From NCBI RefSeq assembly GCF_016433145.1, contig NC_058133.1, forward strand, positions 476,105,058-476,169,057: DNA of 64,000 nt, written 5' to 3'. The stretch's first letter is position 1; every line of letters starts with the position of its first letter. Made by a program: the position numbers and the translations under genes. Under the pieces are notes generated by a model. That model was not told the DNA's origin. It searched no databases and was given only the letters and a program-made list of their open reading frames with translations. The stretch comes from Gracilinanus agilis. Taxonomy: Eukaryota. This document shows, piece by piece, positions 11,542-23,615 of this stretch.

Positions 11542-13699
11542 TACCACCAATAGCTTGGATCTTTGGATTTATCAAACACTAGGTTTTTATAGTCATTAAC
11601 TATATGTATTAATTTCCTAATCTCTTCCATTGATGCACTAATCTGTTTCTTAGCCAGTACCAGATTGTTTTGATGATTACCATTTTATAGTACAGTTTGG
11701 GATTCAGTCCAGCCTTTCTTTATATTTTTTCATGAATTTCTTTGATATTTTTGACTTTTTGTTCTTCCAGATACACTTTTTTTTACTTTTTTACTATTTT
11801 TTTATAGTTCTTGCAAAAATATTTTGAGTTGTTTGATATGTTTAATGGTTAGAATGGGTGGTCTCCAAAATTGTAATTAACTCTTAAGTCACAAGATTGT
11901 TAATAGCTAGATTTATTAGTAAGGAAAAAAATAAGAGAAAAATATAGAAAGGAGGTGAAGAATTTCCTAACCTAATAATCCAGAGCCTAACAACACAATG
12001 TCTCTGAATCTCAGCCTCAGAAAACAATACCCCCCTCCAGCTTCCTGCTGGGTCTCATTTTATAAATCCTTACTACACCCACTAGCTCTCTTATATCACT
12101 CCCCAGGAACCAATCCCACTTCTGCAATTAGCCTGGCACCTCCCAGGGGGGCAGTACCTGTGGGATCAATTTTGTGGTTGCTGATTGACCCAAATTCAAA
12201 ACAAATGGAGAGGAAGTTCAAGTTTCATTGATCAAATCAACATACAAATTCCCTTCTCACAAATCCCCCTTGTGATTCTATTGGGAGACTAGCATGTTGA
12301 ATCTCCCCAGTTGAGGGTTTTAGGAGATTAACATGCCTAGTCTCCCCAATGAATCATTTCAAATAACCAACCTATACTTCTAAGGATTCTCCCATTAAAA
12401 GTGTAAAAAACATTGCATTTTTTAAAGGGGAAATTACAGCAACCTGGGAACAAGAACAGAATAGAAGAGAAAGAAAACAAAAACAAAACTTAATAGACGC
12501 ATTGACAAAAAAGCCAATTGGGGGAAAAAAAATTAAAAAAAATTTTTAAAAAAGCCAATTGGGAGCATTCCTCTTTGGCATAAGAATTTATATTCAAAAT
12601 AAGTGTGTTCAACCCCCAAAAGTTCAGTTCATTCTGGATCTCTTGATGCAATGTGTGGTTTCTGCAGGCATCTCCATGGCACCCTCTTCCAAAGATTTGC
12701 CTTCCCAATTCGAGACACTGGCAAGTCTCTTTTAAAATTCCTCTAAAAGATTTCAAACTCTGGATTTTAGGACAACCATCATACAATCCCCACAGAGTAG
12801 GGTGCCAACCAAAAACCAGGATTACCTTATAATAATAATAAAATTATAAGCAAAAAAATAATAAGCAAACTCACAACAAGTCCTTGGATCACCTACATGA
12901 TCCAATAAAAATGATTATTTCCTAAAAACCTATAGGACAGATACAAAACACTGTATTTAACCAATGGCAACCAGGACTACAGAAAATTCCACATTATAAA
13001 AGAGAAAATAGGAACTAGATTCTGATGTAAAAAGGAAATATGATTCCTTGGTCTGATTTTACCTTTGATCATAGGGATAGAGGAGTCAAAATGGCAGCCA
13101 AAGTAAGGTACTTGTCAGAATGTGGCATGGGAGACTCTAGTATCTGACACTGTCAAACAGCCACTTCCTCGAACCTCAACCGAGTCCTCTGTCTTGGCGC
13201 AGATACTCATCAGGCTCGCAGGAATTTTGGCCTCCTTAACCTTGTGCTTCTTGGCACTGTACAGGAGCTCTTTTGTAATCCCTTGTTTTGAAATCGGACA
13301 CAATCATTAATAAAAGCCCCATAATATTTACAAATCAATGGCAGGTTTCTATAGTCTAAAGCTTTTGGGTATGGATTGATATTAAGGCTAATAGATATAA
13401 ATTTAACCTTTAAAATCAAAAACAATAATTCCATTTACTTCAAGAACAAAAAATAAGAGAAGGAAAAATTTAAATATTCTATTGAGAAGAAAATAAAATT
13501 ATGTATATATGTGTGTATGATATTATATATACATATATATAATATAAAAATATTCAGGAATTTACTGTGTCAGTCAAAACAGTGTCCAACTAGTCTATAG
13601 ACTTCTAATAATGGCATTATCTCCAGTCCAGTCATAGGAGAGTACAAATAAAGACAATAACAGGATACAGTTAATCAGTGTCAATAGAAGGTACCCATT

Positions 13700-13885
13700 T
13701 TACATGTGAACAACAAATCCAAGAGTCCTTTTCTCCAATTTTAATAGTTATTGGAGTGGTTAACCGTACTTGTAATGAACCTTCCTAGGCAGCCTGAGTT
13801 TCTCCAGTGCACTGGAAGTTCTTTATGTAAACCTTGTCTCCTGGGTGAAGGTCATGGAGTGAGAAATCTATAGGTCCTGCTTATA
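13700..13885 (-). pseudogene. ERV integrase C-terminal remnant
   Basis: Reads LHDLHPGDKVYIKNF...*EGSLQVRLTTPITIKIGEKDSWICCSHVK, matching the gammaretroviral IN pattern PGDxV..W.GP..V.LTTPT..K....WIH.SH.K. Confidence 0.75.
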
Positions 13886-14539
13886 CTGCTGATGAAGACC
13901 TTTTGGGTCTAGAATGTCACCAAGAACCTAAATTACCATCATGGTGGAAGGGTAGAGTAAGCTAAAGACTTACAAATATAAAACCATCCAGGTTTATGGG
14001 AAATCCTTCCCAACCCTGGGATGAGATTGTAACAGCCATAAAAGACATGTATTTATATATCCCATCCATTGCAAATGTGGAGATGAGGAATACAATAAAT
14101 GTGGAGGTGGGGTATACAATAGTGCTATTGCACTTCACTTTGTCACTCATATACTTACTGCTACTCAAGTCAAAGGTAGATGAATGATCAGTTAGAGGTA
14201 GTGGCTCTCCTAGATATCTGAAAATCTTCTGAAAACCCATTAAAATCAATTAAGATTTTTGGCTCATTAAATTTTTCTGAAACAGTTAACATTAATAAGG
14301 CAATGGAATCTGATAAGGTTTAAAATTCACCTCGAGACTTTTTGAGGTTCCTTCCCCTCCCCAAATACCACCATTCATCCTGATTCCTTTGGTGATGTCT
14401 ATGGGATCCCTGCCCTGAGTATAGTGTGGGCAAACCTTATTTTGGATGTTTTGGTGTGTGTCTTGATTTGCCTCATTTGAATTATTTCTATATGAGTTTC
14501 TATTATTATTTCTAAAGTTTATAGTTCTAAATACTTGAT

Positions 14540-15600
14540 TCCACTTCCTACTATTCATCATTATTTGACCCCTTTTCCCAAAAAAGTAACACATTAGTGG
14601 TTGATTTGTGGATTCTTGCAAAGGGGCTATGGCCACTCCTTGATTTGCTTTTTCTTTTTCAAATTTTTCAGTTAAATTCTTCCTTCCTTAATGCAACCAC
14701 TAAGTCACTATTATCTTCATCTTTTTTTCATGGCCAAAGACATAAACTGCTACTCTTCTTAATTCTTCAAGATCCATATTAGCCCATTTGGGGCAATTAG
14801 TCTTAAAATCGTCCTTAAGCACTTTACAACAGTTTTTCACAAACTGTCTTCTTATTTGTCTGACATACCTTTTTATGGTAAGATCCAGGTCTATATATTT
14901 ACCTCCCAGCTCAATAAGCCTATCCATAAACTGGGAGGGGCTTTCATCATGTTTTTGCTTAATATTTTCAAATTTTATCCATGTACTAAGCCTATTAGAG
15001 CAAGCTCTCATTGCTTTTAGTAATGCCTCCCTAGCATGACATAATTGTAAGTAATTTCCTTCTACATTTGAATCCCATTTTGAGTCTTCCTATGGCCAAT
15101 GAATTGCTCCCTTTCCCTGGGCCTCATCAATAAGAGAAACAATTTTATTTCTCTTTCTGAAAGAAAGGCTTGAAGCAAATTTTCCATGTCAATTCATATG
15201 TGATCATAAATATTTTCAAGTAAATATTTTCAAGCTTTTTTAAGACTACAATACAGTCATCTTCAAAGAAAGGAGTATTTGGCTTGAATCTCTTGATATC
15301 TTGTGGAGTAAAAGGTATATATTGTTTAATATTCACTGAATTCCCTTGCTTATTGTAAGTGGGTACTTCTCTTGGGGGAATAGGCCTTTAATTGGATTTC
15401 TTTTATTTTTGTTTGGGTTGCAATGGAGTAGGTGAAGGGAGGAGGAGGAGAAAGAGGGACAGTGGGGGAGATGGGTTGGGTAAAGGGAGAGGGAGTTTGG
15501 GTAGATTGAGAGGTGGTCCAAGCAGAACAAGAAATGGTTTGAGCAAGATGAGAGATGCATTTTTCAAGGTATTCTATCCAAGACTTGAGATCAATCAAGC
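14540..15600 (-). pseudogene. ERV gag remnant (capsid and nucleocapsid)
   Basis: YIPFTPQDIKRFK..FFEDD (CA N-terminal), IKQKHDESPSQFMDRL (major homology region), CYFFGKRGQIMMNS (decayed CCHC knuckle); frameshifted. Confidence 0.8.
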
Positions 15601-16573
15601 TATCTTTCCATTGTTTTTTCTTGGGGAGGAATGGGTAAACTATTTGGTAAATTTTAAGGTTTCCTATCAGTACAGTTACACCCAGAAACAGTAATAAACA
15701 AAGACAATCTAAAATTCTGAGCTGTGCAAGCTCGTTAATGCTCCCCGGGAATGGGAGCTATTTGAGATAGGCAGGAAACTTCTCTTTCACAGTGTGAGCC
15801 ATGATTTTCAGCACCATACTCAGTCACCTATTTAGGTAGGTTGGTAAAACCTTCAAAGTATAGCCCAAGTTTAGCTTTAGGTAAGAGGATCACAGGTTTT
15901 GGGTGTAGGTCACAGGCTGTGGGATGTTGGGATTTTGCCCTTATGGGCTCTGAAAGCTTCTTAGGGTTTAGGGAGCAGTTTTATTTATCTTTACTGCTAC
16001 TCTCCCTAACTTCTCTCCCTAGTGTTTCACTTTCACACTTAAACCAATGCTGGAAGCATGTAGGGGAGGGGCTCAAGAAAAGCCTTAAAGAAAAAGTAGA
16101 CTCCCCAGGAGCAGAGTTCTGGGCTGTGAGATAGTAGCTTGGAGCAGGGTCGCCTTCCCCAAGGCAGGGAGTCGGAGAAGTGAAACTGTGCCCCACCAGA
16201 TGAAGCCCTGAGGGAGCTGATTATTGCTAAAAACAAAAACAAAAAACACTCTGCTTACCAGGCAGCTGTTCTTACTTAAGGGGAAAAGGCATTATCTCAC
16301 CTATCTGTGCAGAACTATTAGGGAATCAGCAGTAATGGGGATGCAACAGCAGCGCAGCTTATCTGTAGAAGCACAAGAGGCTTCCAAACTGCTCCACAGC
16401 ACTACACCAACAGTTGTACTTATGAGGCTAATCTGCCCCCCTGTCTATCCCAAACTGCTCTACCAACTTAAAGAGGAGTAAGAACTCCTAACTCTAGAAT
16501 TTAGCTCCTTACAAGCCTACTGAAGAATAACTTAGGGAGAGAAAAAGTGCTGAAGAAAATGAGAGTACTCATT

Positions 16574-16591
16574 ATCCCTTCATGGTTGCCA
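16574..16591 (-). promoter_or_regulatory. ERV primer-binding site, tRNA-Arg(UCG) type
   Basis: Minus strand TGGCAACCATGAAGGGAT versus TGGCGACCACGAAGGGAC, the complement of the tRNA-Arg-TCG 3' end as recalled; 15/18 match, two differences are CpG-type transitions; 4 nt from the LTR CA. Confidence 0.75.
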
Positions 16592-17634
16592 AAATTGTAA
16601 TTAACTCTAAAGTCACAAGATTGTTAATAGCTGGATTTATTAGTAAGAAAAAGAAAATAAGAGAGAAATATAGAAAGGAGGTGAAGAATTTCCTAGCCTA
16701 ATAATCCAGAGCTTAAAACACAGTGTCTGTCTCTGAATCTCAACCTCAGAAAACAACCCCCCAGCTTCCTGTTGGGTCTCATCTTATAAATCCTTACTAC
16801 ACCCACTAGCTCTCTTATATCACTCCCCAGGAACCAATCCCACTTCTGCAATTAGCCTGGCACCTCCCAGGGGGGCAGTGCCTGTGGGATCAATTTTGTG
16901 GTTGCTGATTGACCCAAATTCAAAACAAATGGAAAGGAAGTTCAACCCTCTGATCAAATCAACACACAAATTCCCTTCTCATATATGGTACTGAACAGGT
17001 AAATTAATTTAGGTAGGAGTGTCATTTTTGTGATATTGACTCACCTATCCATGAGTAATTAATATATTTCCAGTTGCTTAGTTCTGATTTTATTTGTGTA
17101 AAAGGCATTTTATAATTGTGTTCATATATTTGCTGAATTTGCTTTGATAAACATAGGTATTTTATATTGTCTGCAGTTATTTTAAATGGAATTTCCTTTT
17201 CTGTCTCTTGCTTATGAACTTTGTTTATGGCAAATAGAAATGCTGATGATTTATGTGGATTTATTTTGTATCCTTCACCTTTGCTTACATTGTTAATTGT
17301 TTCTATTAGGTTTTTGGTTGATTCTCTGGGGTTATATATATATATACACACACATTATCATACCACCTGTAAAATGTGATAATTTTGTTTCCTCATTGCT
17401 TATTTTAATTCCTACAATTACCTTTTCTGCTCTTATTGCTGTAGTTAGCATTTCTATTACAACATTAAATAGTAGTAGGAATAATAGGCATCTTTGTATC
17501 CCTCCTAATTGTATTGGGAAGGGTTGTAATTTGTCCCTATTACATATAATGCTTGCTGATAGTTTTAGATAGATGCCATCTATCATTCCCATCTACTTTT
17601 AACACACCAAATTTCTTTTCACCTTCCTACCCAG

Positions 17635-17837
17635 ACATCTGAGTCCAAGGCAGCCTTTGTGCCAGTTTTAAATATCCCACATTCTGAGCTAGCCCTGAGG
17701 GGTGATAGTGTCTTTCTGCTTTCGGAACTTAATATCCCAGAATCCTCCTTGATTTTCCGGGATGAAATTGACCTTCAAGCTTTGCACCAGACTGGGCAAC
17801 TTACCCTTACCCTTGTTGACCATCACATCCTCCCAAG
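17635..17837 (+). CDS. PRUNE1: PRUNE1 exon 3
   Basis: cag|ACA...AG|gta; [15 protein letters not shown]...[10 protein letters not shown] (DHH motif). Confidence 0.95.
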
Positions 17838-18019
17838 GTAAGTATAACAATTATTTATTATCATTATTTATCAAGTGTCCTTCCCGTGAGTAGAGCACAT
17901 AGCTAGTACTGGAAGACATAATTTTTCACAAGAGCTTCCCAATAATTTAATAGTTGAAGGTAGATGTGACACTCTATAATCACCAGAAAATAAAAAATAG
18001 TCTCAAAAATCCTGTCAAA

Positions 18020-18276
18020 TCTAGAGAAAGAATATAAGAATAGAAATCCAGAAGAAAACATATGTTTTATCACTTGTTTATATAGGTATATGAGCTGGGG
18101 TTTGGGTTTTAGAAGATTACTCTTTTACAAAAATGAATAATATGGAAATAGGTTTTGAGTAATAATATATGTATAATCCAGTAGAATTGTTTGTCAACTC
18201 CAGGAGAAGGGAGGAAAGACAGGAAGGAGACAACATGAATCATGTAACCATGGAAAAAAAATTAATTAATTTTTTT
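18020..18276 (+). mobile_element. Short 5'-truncated L1 3' end
   Basis: Ends ...aacatgaatcatgtaaccatggaaaaaaa; 15-bp TSD AAAAATCCTGTCAAA at 18005-18019 and 18277-18291. Confidence 0.8.
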
Positions 18277-18991
18277 AAAAATCCTGTCAAAATAAGTAGT
18301 GGCATGGATAATTTCAAATAGTTAATGATCCATAAATTTTTTGCTTAGTTTTGGTATATGTGCTTAATATTACTGTCATAGTAGCTAATGTCTAATGTCC
18401 TTGTAGTTTTGCTTTTGAAAAAAAATATCAAAAAATTCCTATGTAAAGGCATGTGACTTCTTGGCTAGCTTTGAGTAAAATGTTATGGTATAATCTATAA
18501 ATATTTTGCTAATGTTTATTTTTACTTTGTATTAATATAATCATCTCATTCCTATTTTTCAACTGGAAATTTTGTCATGTTAATATAACTTCCTAATTAT
18601 GTTTGACTCAGATCAATATTAAAACGAGTTTTGCATTTCCTGGGCCTACACTTTAACTGGTAACTAGACAATGGAGGGAGACATCCCAGGAAACATGCTG
18701 AGTGATAAGAGGAATGCAGTTTGGGAATAAATACTTGCCTCAGATAATATAAAAGATATTATCCCCTCATGAATAATTAAGAGGTAACTACAGTTACCAA
18801 AAGAATTACACAAATGAACTGAGAGATGATTATTGAATTGATGATTTGGAGAAGGGCTAAGGGTCCTTGAGGGCTAGCTTAAGAGTTCCCTAAAGACTTC
18901 TATAATGAATTTCATATGTGACCCACAGATTAGTGGAGAACAATTGTTATACCCCATATCCTCATCTTTCTCTCTTCCCCACCCCTCACAG

Positions 18992-19176
18992 CAGTGATAA
19001 AAGTCTAGAGAATGCTGTAACAGAGGTATTGGACCACCGGCCCCTGGAAAAACAATACCCCCATCCCTGTAGTGTAACAGCAGAGCTGGTGGGATCCTGT
19101 GCCACTTTAGTGACTGAGAGAATCCTTCAGGGGAAGCCAGAAATTTTGGACTGGCAAACTGCAGCACTTCTGCATG
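18992..19176 (+). CDS. PRUNE1: PRUNE1 exon 4
   Basis: cag|C AGT GAT...CAT G|gtaag; [17 protein letters not shown]...[10 protein letters not shown]. Confidence 0.93.
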
Positions 19177-19360
19177 GTAAGGGTAGTTTGGGGAGTGTTG
19201 GGGAAGGAATAACAGCATCACTGGTCTTTGTCGGTCTTGCTTTGGGAAATCTCCTCTATCCTTGCCTGTGATAAAAGCTTTCCAAGCCTGGAATACCCTT
19301 GCTTCCCTTTATTTCTGCTTCCATGCCCAGGGTCCTTTTTCCCTTTAAAAATTTCTGGTA

Positions 19361-19480
19361 TTTTTTTTTTAAACCCTTACCTTCTGGGTCACACAGCTGG
19401 GATGTGTCTGAGGCCAGATTTGAACATAGGACCTCCCATCTCTAGGCCTGGCTCTCAATCCACTGAGCTACCCAATTGCC
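19361..19480 (-). mobile_element. SINE1 with internal deletion
   Basis: Tail aaacccttaccttct joined directly to gggtcacacagctggg; head ends aattgcccc. Confidence 0.75.
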
Positions 19481-19676
19481 CCCAAATTTCTGGTATTTTG
19501 ATGAGTAGTCTTCATTCTCACTTTATGGGAAATAAGTCAACGCAACTTTTTTTTTTCCCTCTAATAAACTCAGTCCACCCTTTCCAGTGCTATATTTCAG
19601 TTAGTTTGAAGGAAGTGTTTGGGGTGCTGTGTGGGAGCAGAAGAATTTCAAGTATCATTATTTCCCTTTCCTACAG

Positions 19677-19835
19677 GGACTATAATCTTGGATTGTGTCA
19701 ACATGGCCCCTGAAGCTGGCAAAGTAACTCCAAAGGATTCCAAGTATGTAGCACAGCTAGAAGCCCTCTTTCCAGACTTACCAAGTAGGAGCAGCATCTT
19801 TGAGTCCCTGCAGAAGGCCAAGTTTGATGTATCAG
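19677..19835 (+). CDS. PRUNE1: PRUNE1 exon 5
   Basis: cag|GG...TCAG|gta; [21 protein letters not shown]...[10 protein letters not shown]. Confidence 0.95.
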
Positions 19836-19917
19836 GTATGGAACTTTAAGATGACTTCCCTTCCTCTCACAGTAGGTGAATAGACCAGTGGGAAATTCTT
19901 GTCCTTCCTTCGTTCCT

Positions 19918-20087
19918 TTTTTTTTTTTTTTTTTTAATCCTTATCTTCCATCTTAGAAGGGCTAGCCAATGGGAGTTAAGTGACTTGCCCAAGGTCACAC
20001 AGTTAGGAAGTATCTGAGGTCAGATTTGAACCCAGGACCTCCTGTCCCTGGGCCTGACTCAATCCACTGAGCCACCCAGCTGCCCCC
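19918..20087 (-). mobile_element. SINE1
   Basis: Poly-T tail, then reverse-complement body ending cagctgcccc. Confidence 0.8.
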
Positions 20088-20857
20088 TCCTTCCTTTGCT
20101 CTTGAGTACTGTGGTCATGGTTTGAGACAATTGGGAAGTATGAAAAATGGTTTAGGCTATAAATATAGGATAAACATAAGCCAGAATGAAACCAGGATTT
20201 GAAGTCTATGAAAAATATTTGTGCAGCAGTGAGGTGTCTTCTTGCTACAGCTTGTGTGGGATGGAAGAGTCTGTACTAAGAGATATGTTCTTTTCACTCA
20301 GGAACTCTTGATTATCTAATCAGAGAAACAGAACATACATTTTAAAGCAAGTAAATTATGCATTAATTGAGTTCATAAGTACTTAGATACAAAACCAAGT
20401 GATGAAGGGCCTGGAGTTAGTATGTAGGGAGGGAATAAAAGTGGATTTAGGTACCTGCCTCTAATCCAAGGGAAGAATGGGGTAAGTATTTTGGGACATG
20501 AAATTCTGTGATCCTAGCCATTTACTACCCCAATTCTTTGATCTTCTTATTAAATTCTTATTTTTTTAATCTTTGAGATCATTTGTTTAAATTTTTGCTC
20601 AAACTGCTGCACTTTGTATTTTTTTTTACAGTGTGTTAACATTAGGAGTACAAACAAAATTGTTTTATGTCATTTTTGGATGATTTTTTTCTTTTCCTTT
20701 AGATCTTTTATTTTACCCATTCACTGCCATTGTACAGTCCTTTTATACCATTATACCTAGTCTTTTGTCAGATTGAGGTTTCTTGGTCTCTGAGCCGTCT
20801 GATTTTCCTATAGCTCTTTAGTTCCATATCTTCACTCTTTGCCTATCCATTTTCCAG

Positions 20858-20952
20858 GGCTGACTACAGATCAGATGCTAAGAAAAGACTTGAAGACAAT
20901 CTCTGGGGACAGTACCATGCTGGCCATTAGTGCAATATACATGGATTTGGAG
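20858..20952 (+). CDS. PRUNE1: PRUNE1 exon 6
   Basis: cag|GG CTG...GAG|gta; [31 protein letters not shown]. Confidence 0.95.
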
Positions 20953-21410
20953 GTAAAAGCCAGGTATAAGGGAATTTACTCAGAATAGGTATGGAAGAGA
21001 CAAACTGATGCTTCATGCATCTTTCCCTTTAAACCTCAAATTTGATATATTTGATGATAGTGTTAGAGATTTATATATTAGAGCTAAAAGAGGTCTTTAA
21101 AATCATTTAGCCTAACCATCTCATTTTAAACATGACAAAAACTTAAATTTTTAATTAGTCTATAGTTCTAGGTCAGTCAGCAATCCTATTACTGGAAGAC
21201 TGCTTATGCCATTTCATGCTCATAGGTCACCAGCAGAAATAATGTCACAAGTTATTTGTATTCACTATTATTCCTCCATTGCCCTTTGGATGATCTGAAA
21301 TTTTGACTCTTCAGAGATTATGGTGTTCTAAGATTAGCAACTACACAATATCAGTGGAAGAAATTTTATTTAAAAAATGATGGGGTTTTGTGCCAAGGAA
21401 CAGCTTGTGC

Positions 21411-21725
21411 CTATGGTGGTAAACCTATGGCACATGTGCAAAAAAGGGCACACAGAGCCCTTTCTGTGGGCACACCTGCTCTCTCCTGCCAGAGTTCCTT
21501 ACTAGAAAGCCAGAGGAACTTGGGGCAGAGCTGTTCCTCTCCCCTTCTCTATGCACCTGAGGATATTCTTCACTTTACCTGCCCCTCTGCCCAGCAGCCC
21601 AATGGGAGCACTTCCTCCCTCCCCTGTGTGGGGTGAGGAGGAGGAAGGTGATAAGGGGGTGCAGCAGTTGGTCTGGGGGTGGGATGGGACCCAGAACTCT
21701 GTCTCTAAAAGGCTTGCCATCACTG
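21411..21725 (+). mobile_element. hAT-family MITE (CAGTGATGGCGAACC-type TIR)
   Basis: Right TIR AGGCTTGCCATCACTG 21710-21725, degenerate left TIR 21411-21426; 8-bp flanks GCTTGTGC/GCTTAGGC. Confidence 0.75.
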
Positions 21726-22229
21726 GCTTAGGCTCCTAAGAAGGACTACAGTTTCTCTAGTGCAATCTGGCTGATTTAGAGGGTAGGCAAGAGAGAAGGT
21801 AAGAGGAGAGGCAGGGACCTTCTATCTTGTCTTTAGTGTTTCCTGGCTGATCTCTAGCCTCAGTGGGAATGGGAAGAGGAAAAGTCAGTGCCTTATCATC
21901 ATACTCTTTGCATCTCCTTACTGGTTTCCAGCCTGTTTTGGGGAAAGTAGAAGTTCCATTCCATCATGCCTGTCTCCTGCTGCTGAGGTGTGAGGAGAAA
22001 GTACCATTCCATCAAGTTTTCAACCTGGTCTCCTGCCTTAGGAAAGTAGATTATAAAGATCTCTTCTCCTACTTGCTCCTTCACCTAAACTGTCCAAGGC
22101 TCTAAAAGGAAAGAGAAAGGCCATGTAGCTAATAAGTGTCTGAGACATAATTGAACTTGGATCTTCCTTACCCCAGGCCCAGCACTCTCCACTGGGGCAC
22201 CTAGCTGACTTAGCCTTAGGTTATAATAT

Positions 22230-23600
22230 TATTGACTTTAAAATTCTTTCTGAGATTAACAAACTTCTTATCTGATCATATCTTCCACATCCCAGTGATT
22301 CTGAACTCTAACAGATTATTTTCAAACCCCATTCCCTATTCCCCACTACTTGATTCCCATTCCCTTCAACCCACCCCCACTATGTCTCACTGTAATGCTA
22401 TCCACCCTTTTTATTGTGCCCTCTGAGATGTCATTTCCATAGGCAATAAATTTGTGTTCCCACTTCTTCCATCTTCTGGCTGTCATTGAGACCTGACTCC
22501 CTTCTCAGGAGACAGCCTCTATGGGCACCCTTTTGGCACTGACTGCAGTTTTACTCATTCTGCCCCAACTCATTAGTCAAGGTGAGGAAATTGGAATATT
22601 CCTTCTTCCCCATTGCTGCTATCAGGTTCCTCCCTACCACCATCACTCAGTAATTTCTCCTTCTTTTGAAGTTCACTTATTGCATATCCATCAGCCAATC
22701 AGAATCTTAATCATTGTTGTCTGCCTATCTCCAAGTCACTCCCCTTCCTTCTCTTATACTAGGGAACTTCAACATATTATCAATCAAGTCTAAAACCTGT
22801 CCCCTCAGCTTCTTAACCTACTGATTTTCCATGACTTGCTTCTCCATTCACCCCAGCCATACAGAACGATGGGCATTACCCACAAATGCTCCCATTCCAT
22901 GTTCCTGTACTCTGAAATTCCCTTATCTGGTTACAATCCATTGAGTTTCCATTGCCTCCTCTGTTTTTATTACCAAGGTCTTTTTTTATTAAATTAATTT
23001 TTAAAATTTTTCCCATGGTTACATGATTCTTGTTGTCTCTCTCCCCTCCCAGAGTTGGCAAGCAATTCTACTGGGTTATACATACATTATCACTCAAAAC
23101 CTAGTTCCATATTATTGATTTTTAATTACCAAGTTCTTTTTGATAAATTTGTTATGTAGTCCCAAACCCTACCCTTACTACTGTTCTGAAATCCTGCCAC
23201 CTCTCCCACTTTCCACAGTGGCTTTTCCATCCATAACTTTTCATTCCTCTTCAAATCTCCCATGGTTCCTCCTCCCTACCTTCTCAGCTGAAATCCTTTC
23301 CTCATATTTTGCTGAAAAAATTGAAGCCATTCACCACCTAGGAGTTGTCCCGGACTCCTCACTATCTCTCACCTGGCACATCTAGGTTATTGGTCCAAGG
23401 CCTGTCCATTTCACCTCTGCCACATTTCTCTAATACCTTCCCCAACACCAGATTCCTGGACTATTACAAAAGCCTATTGGTGAGTCTGCCTTCCCACTTC
23501 TTCCCACTCCATTCTACCCTCCATTTAGTCCCTAAAGTGATTTTCCTAAAACACAGGTCTAACCACATTAAATATTGCCATCCCCTCCTCAGTAAACTCC
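22230..23600 (+). mobile_element. L2 LINE fragments (with a short minus-strand L1 tail near 22980-23120)
   Basis: Endonuclease-region and 3' L2-type motifs; highly diverged. Confidence 0.55.
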
Positions 23601-23615
23601 AATGACTCCCTATGG

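Larger units (their letters stand above)
11839..16983 (-). mobile_element. Internally deleted class I (gamma-like) endogenous retrovirus
   Basis: Two similar ~390-bp LTRs (11868-12261, 16592-16983); PBS at 16574-16591; polypurine tract AAGGGGGA next to the 3' LTR; degenerate gag and integrase remnants. Confidence 0.9.
9445..17575 (-). mobile_element. 5'-truncated LINE-1 (ORF2 RT/C-terminus + 3' UTR) split by two LTR-element insertions
   Basis: ORF 17022-17351(-) reads YNPRESTKNLIETINNVSKGEGYKINPHKSSAFL (L1 RT); L1 sequence resumes either side of 10839-11541 and 11839-16983. Confidence 0.85.

Noticed and set aside
11835-16990. Exact TSD for the ERV provirus
   Set aside because: GATA/TATA, TATG/TATG and ATAT/ATAT are all possible depending on the boundary chosen; none can be fixed from this copy alone.
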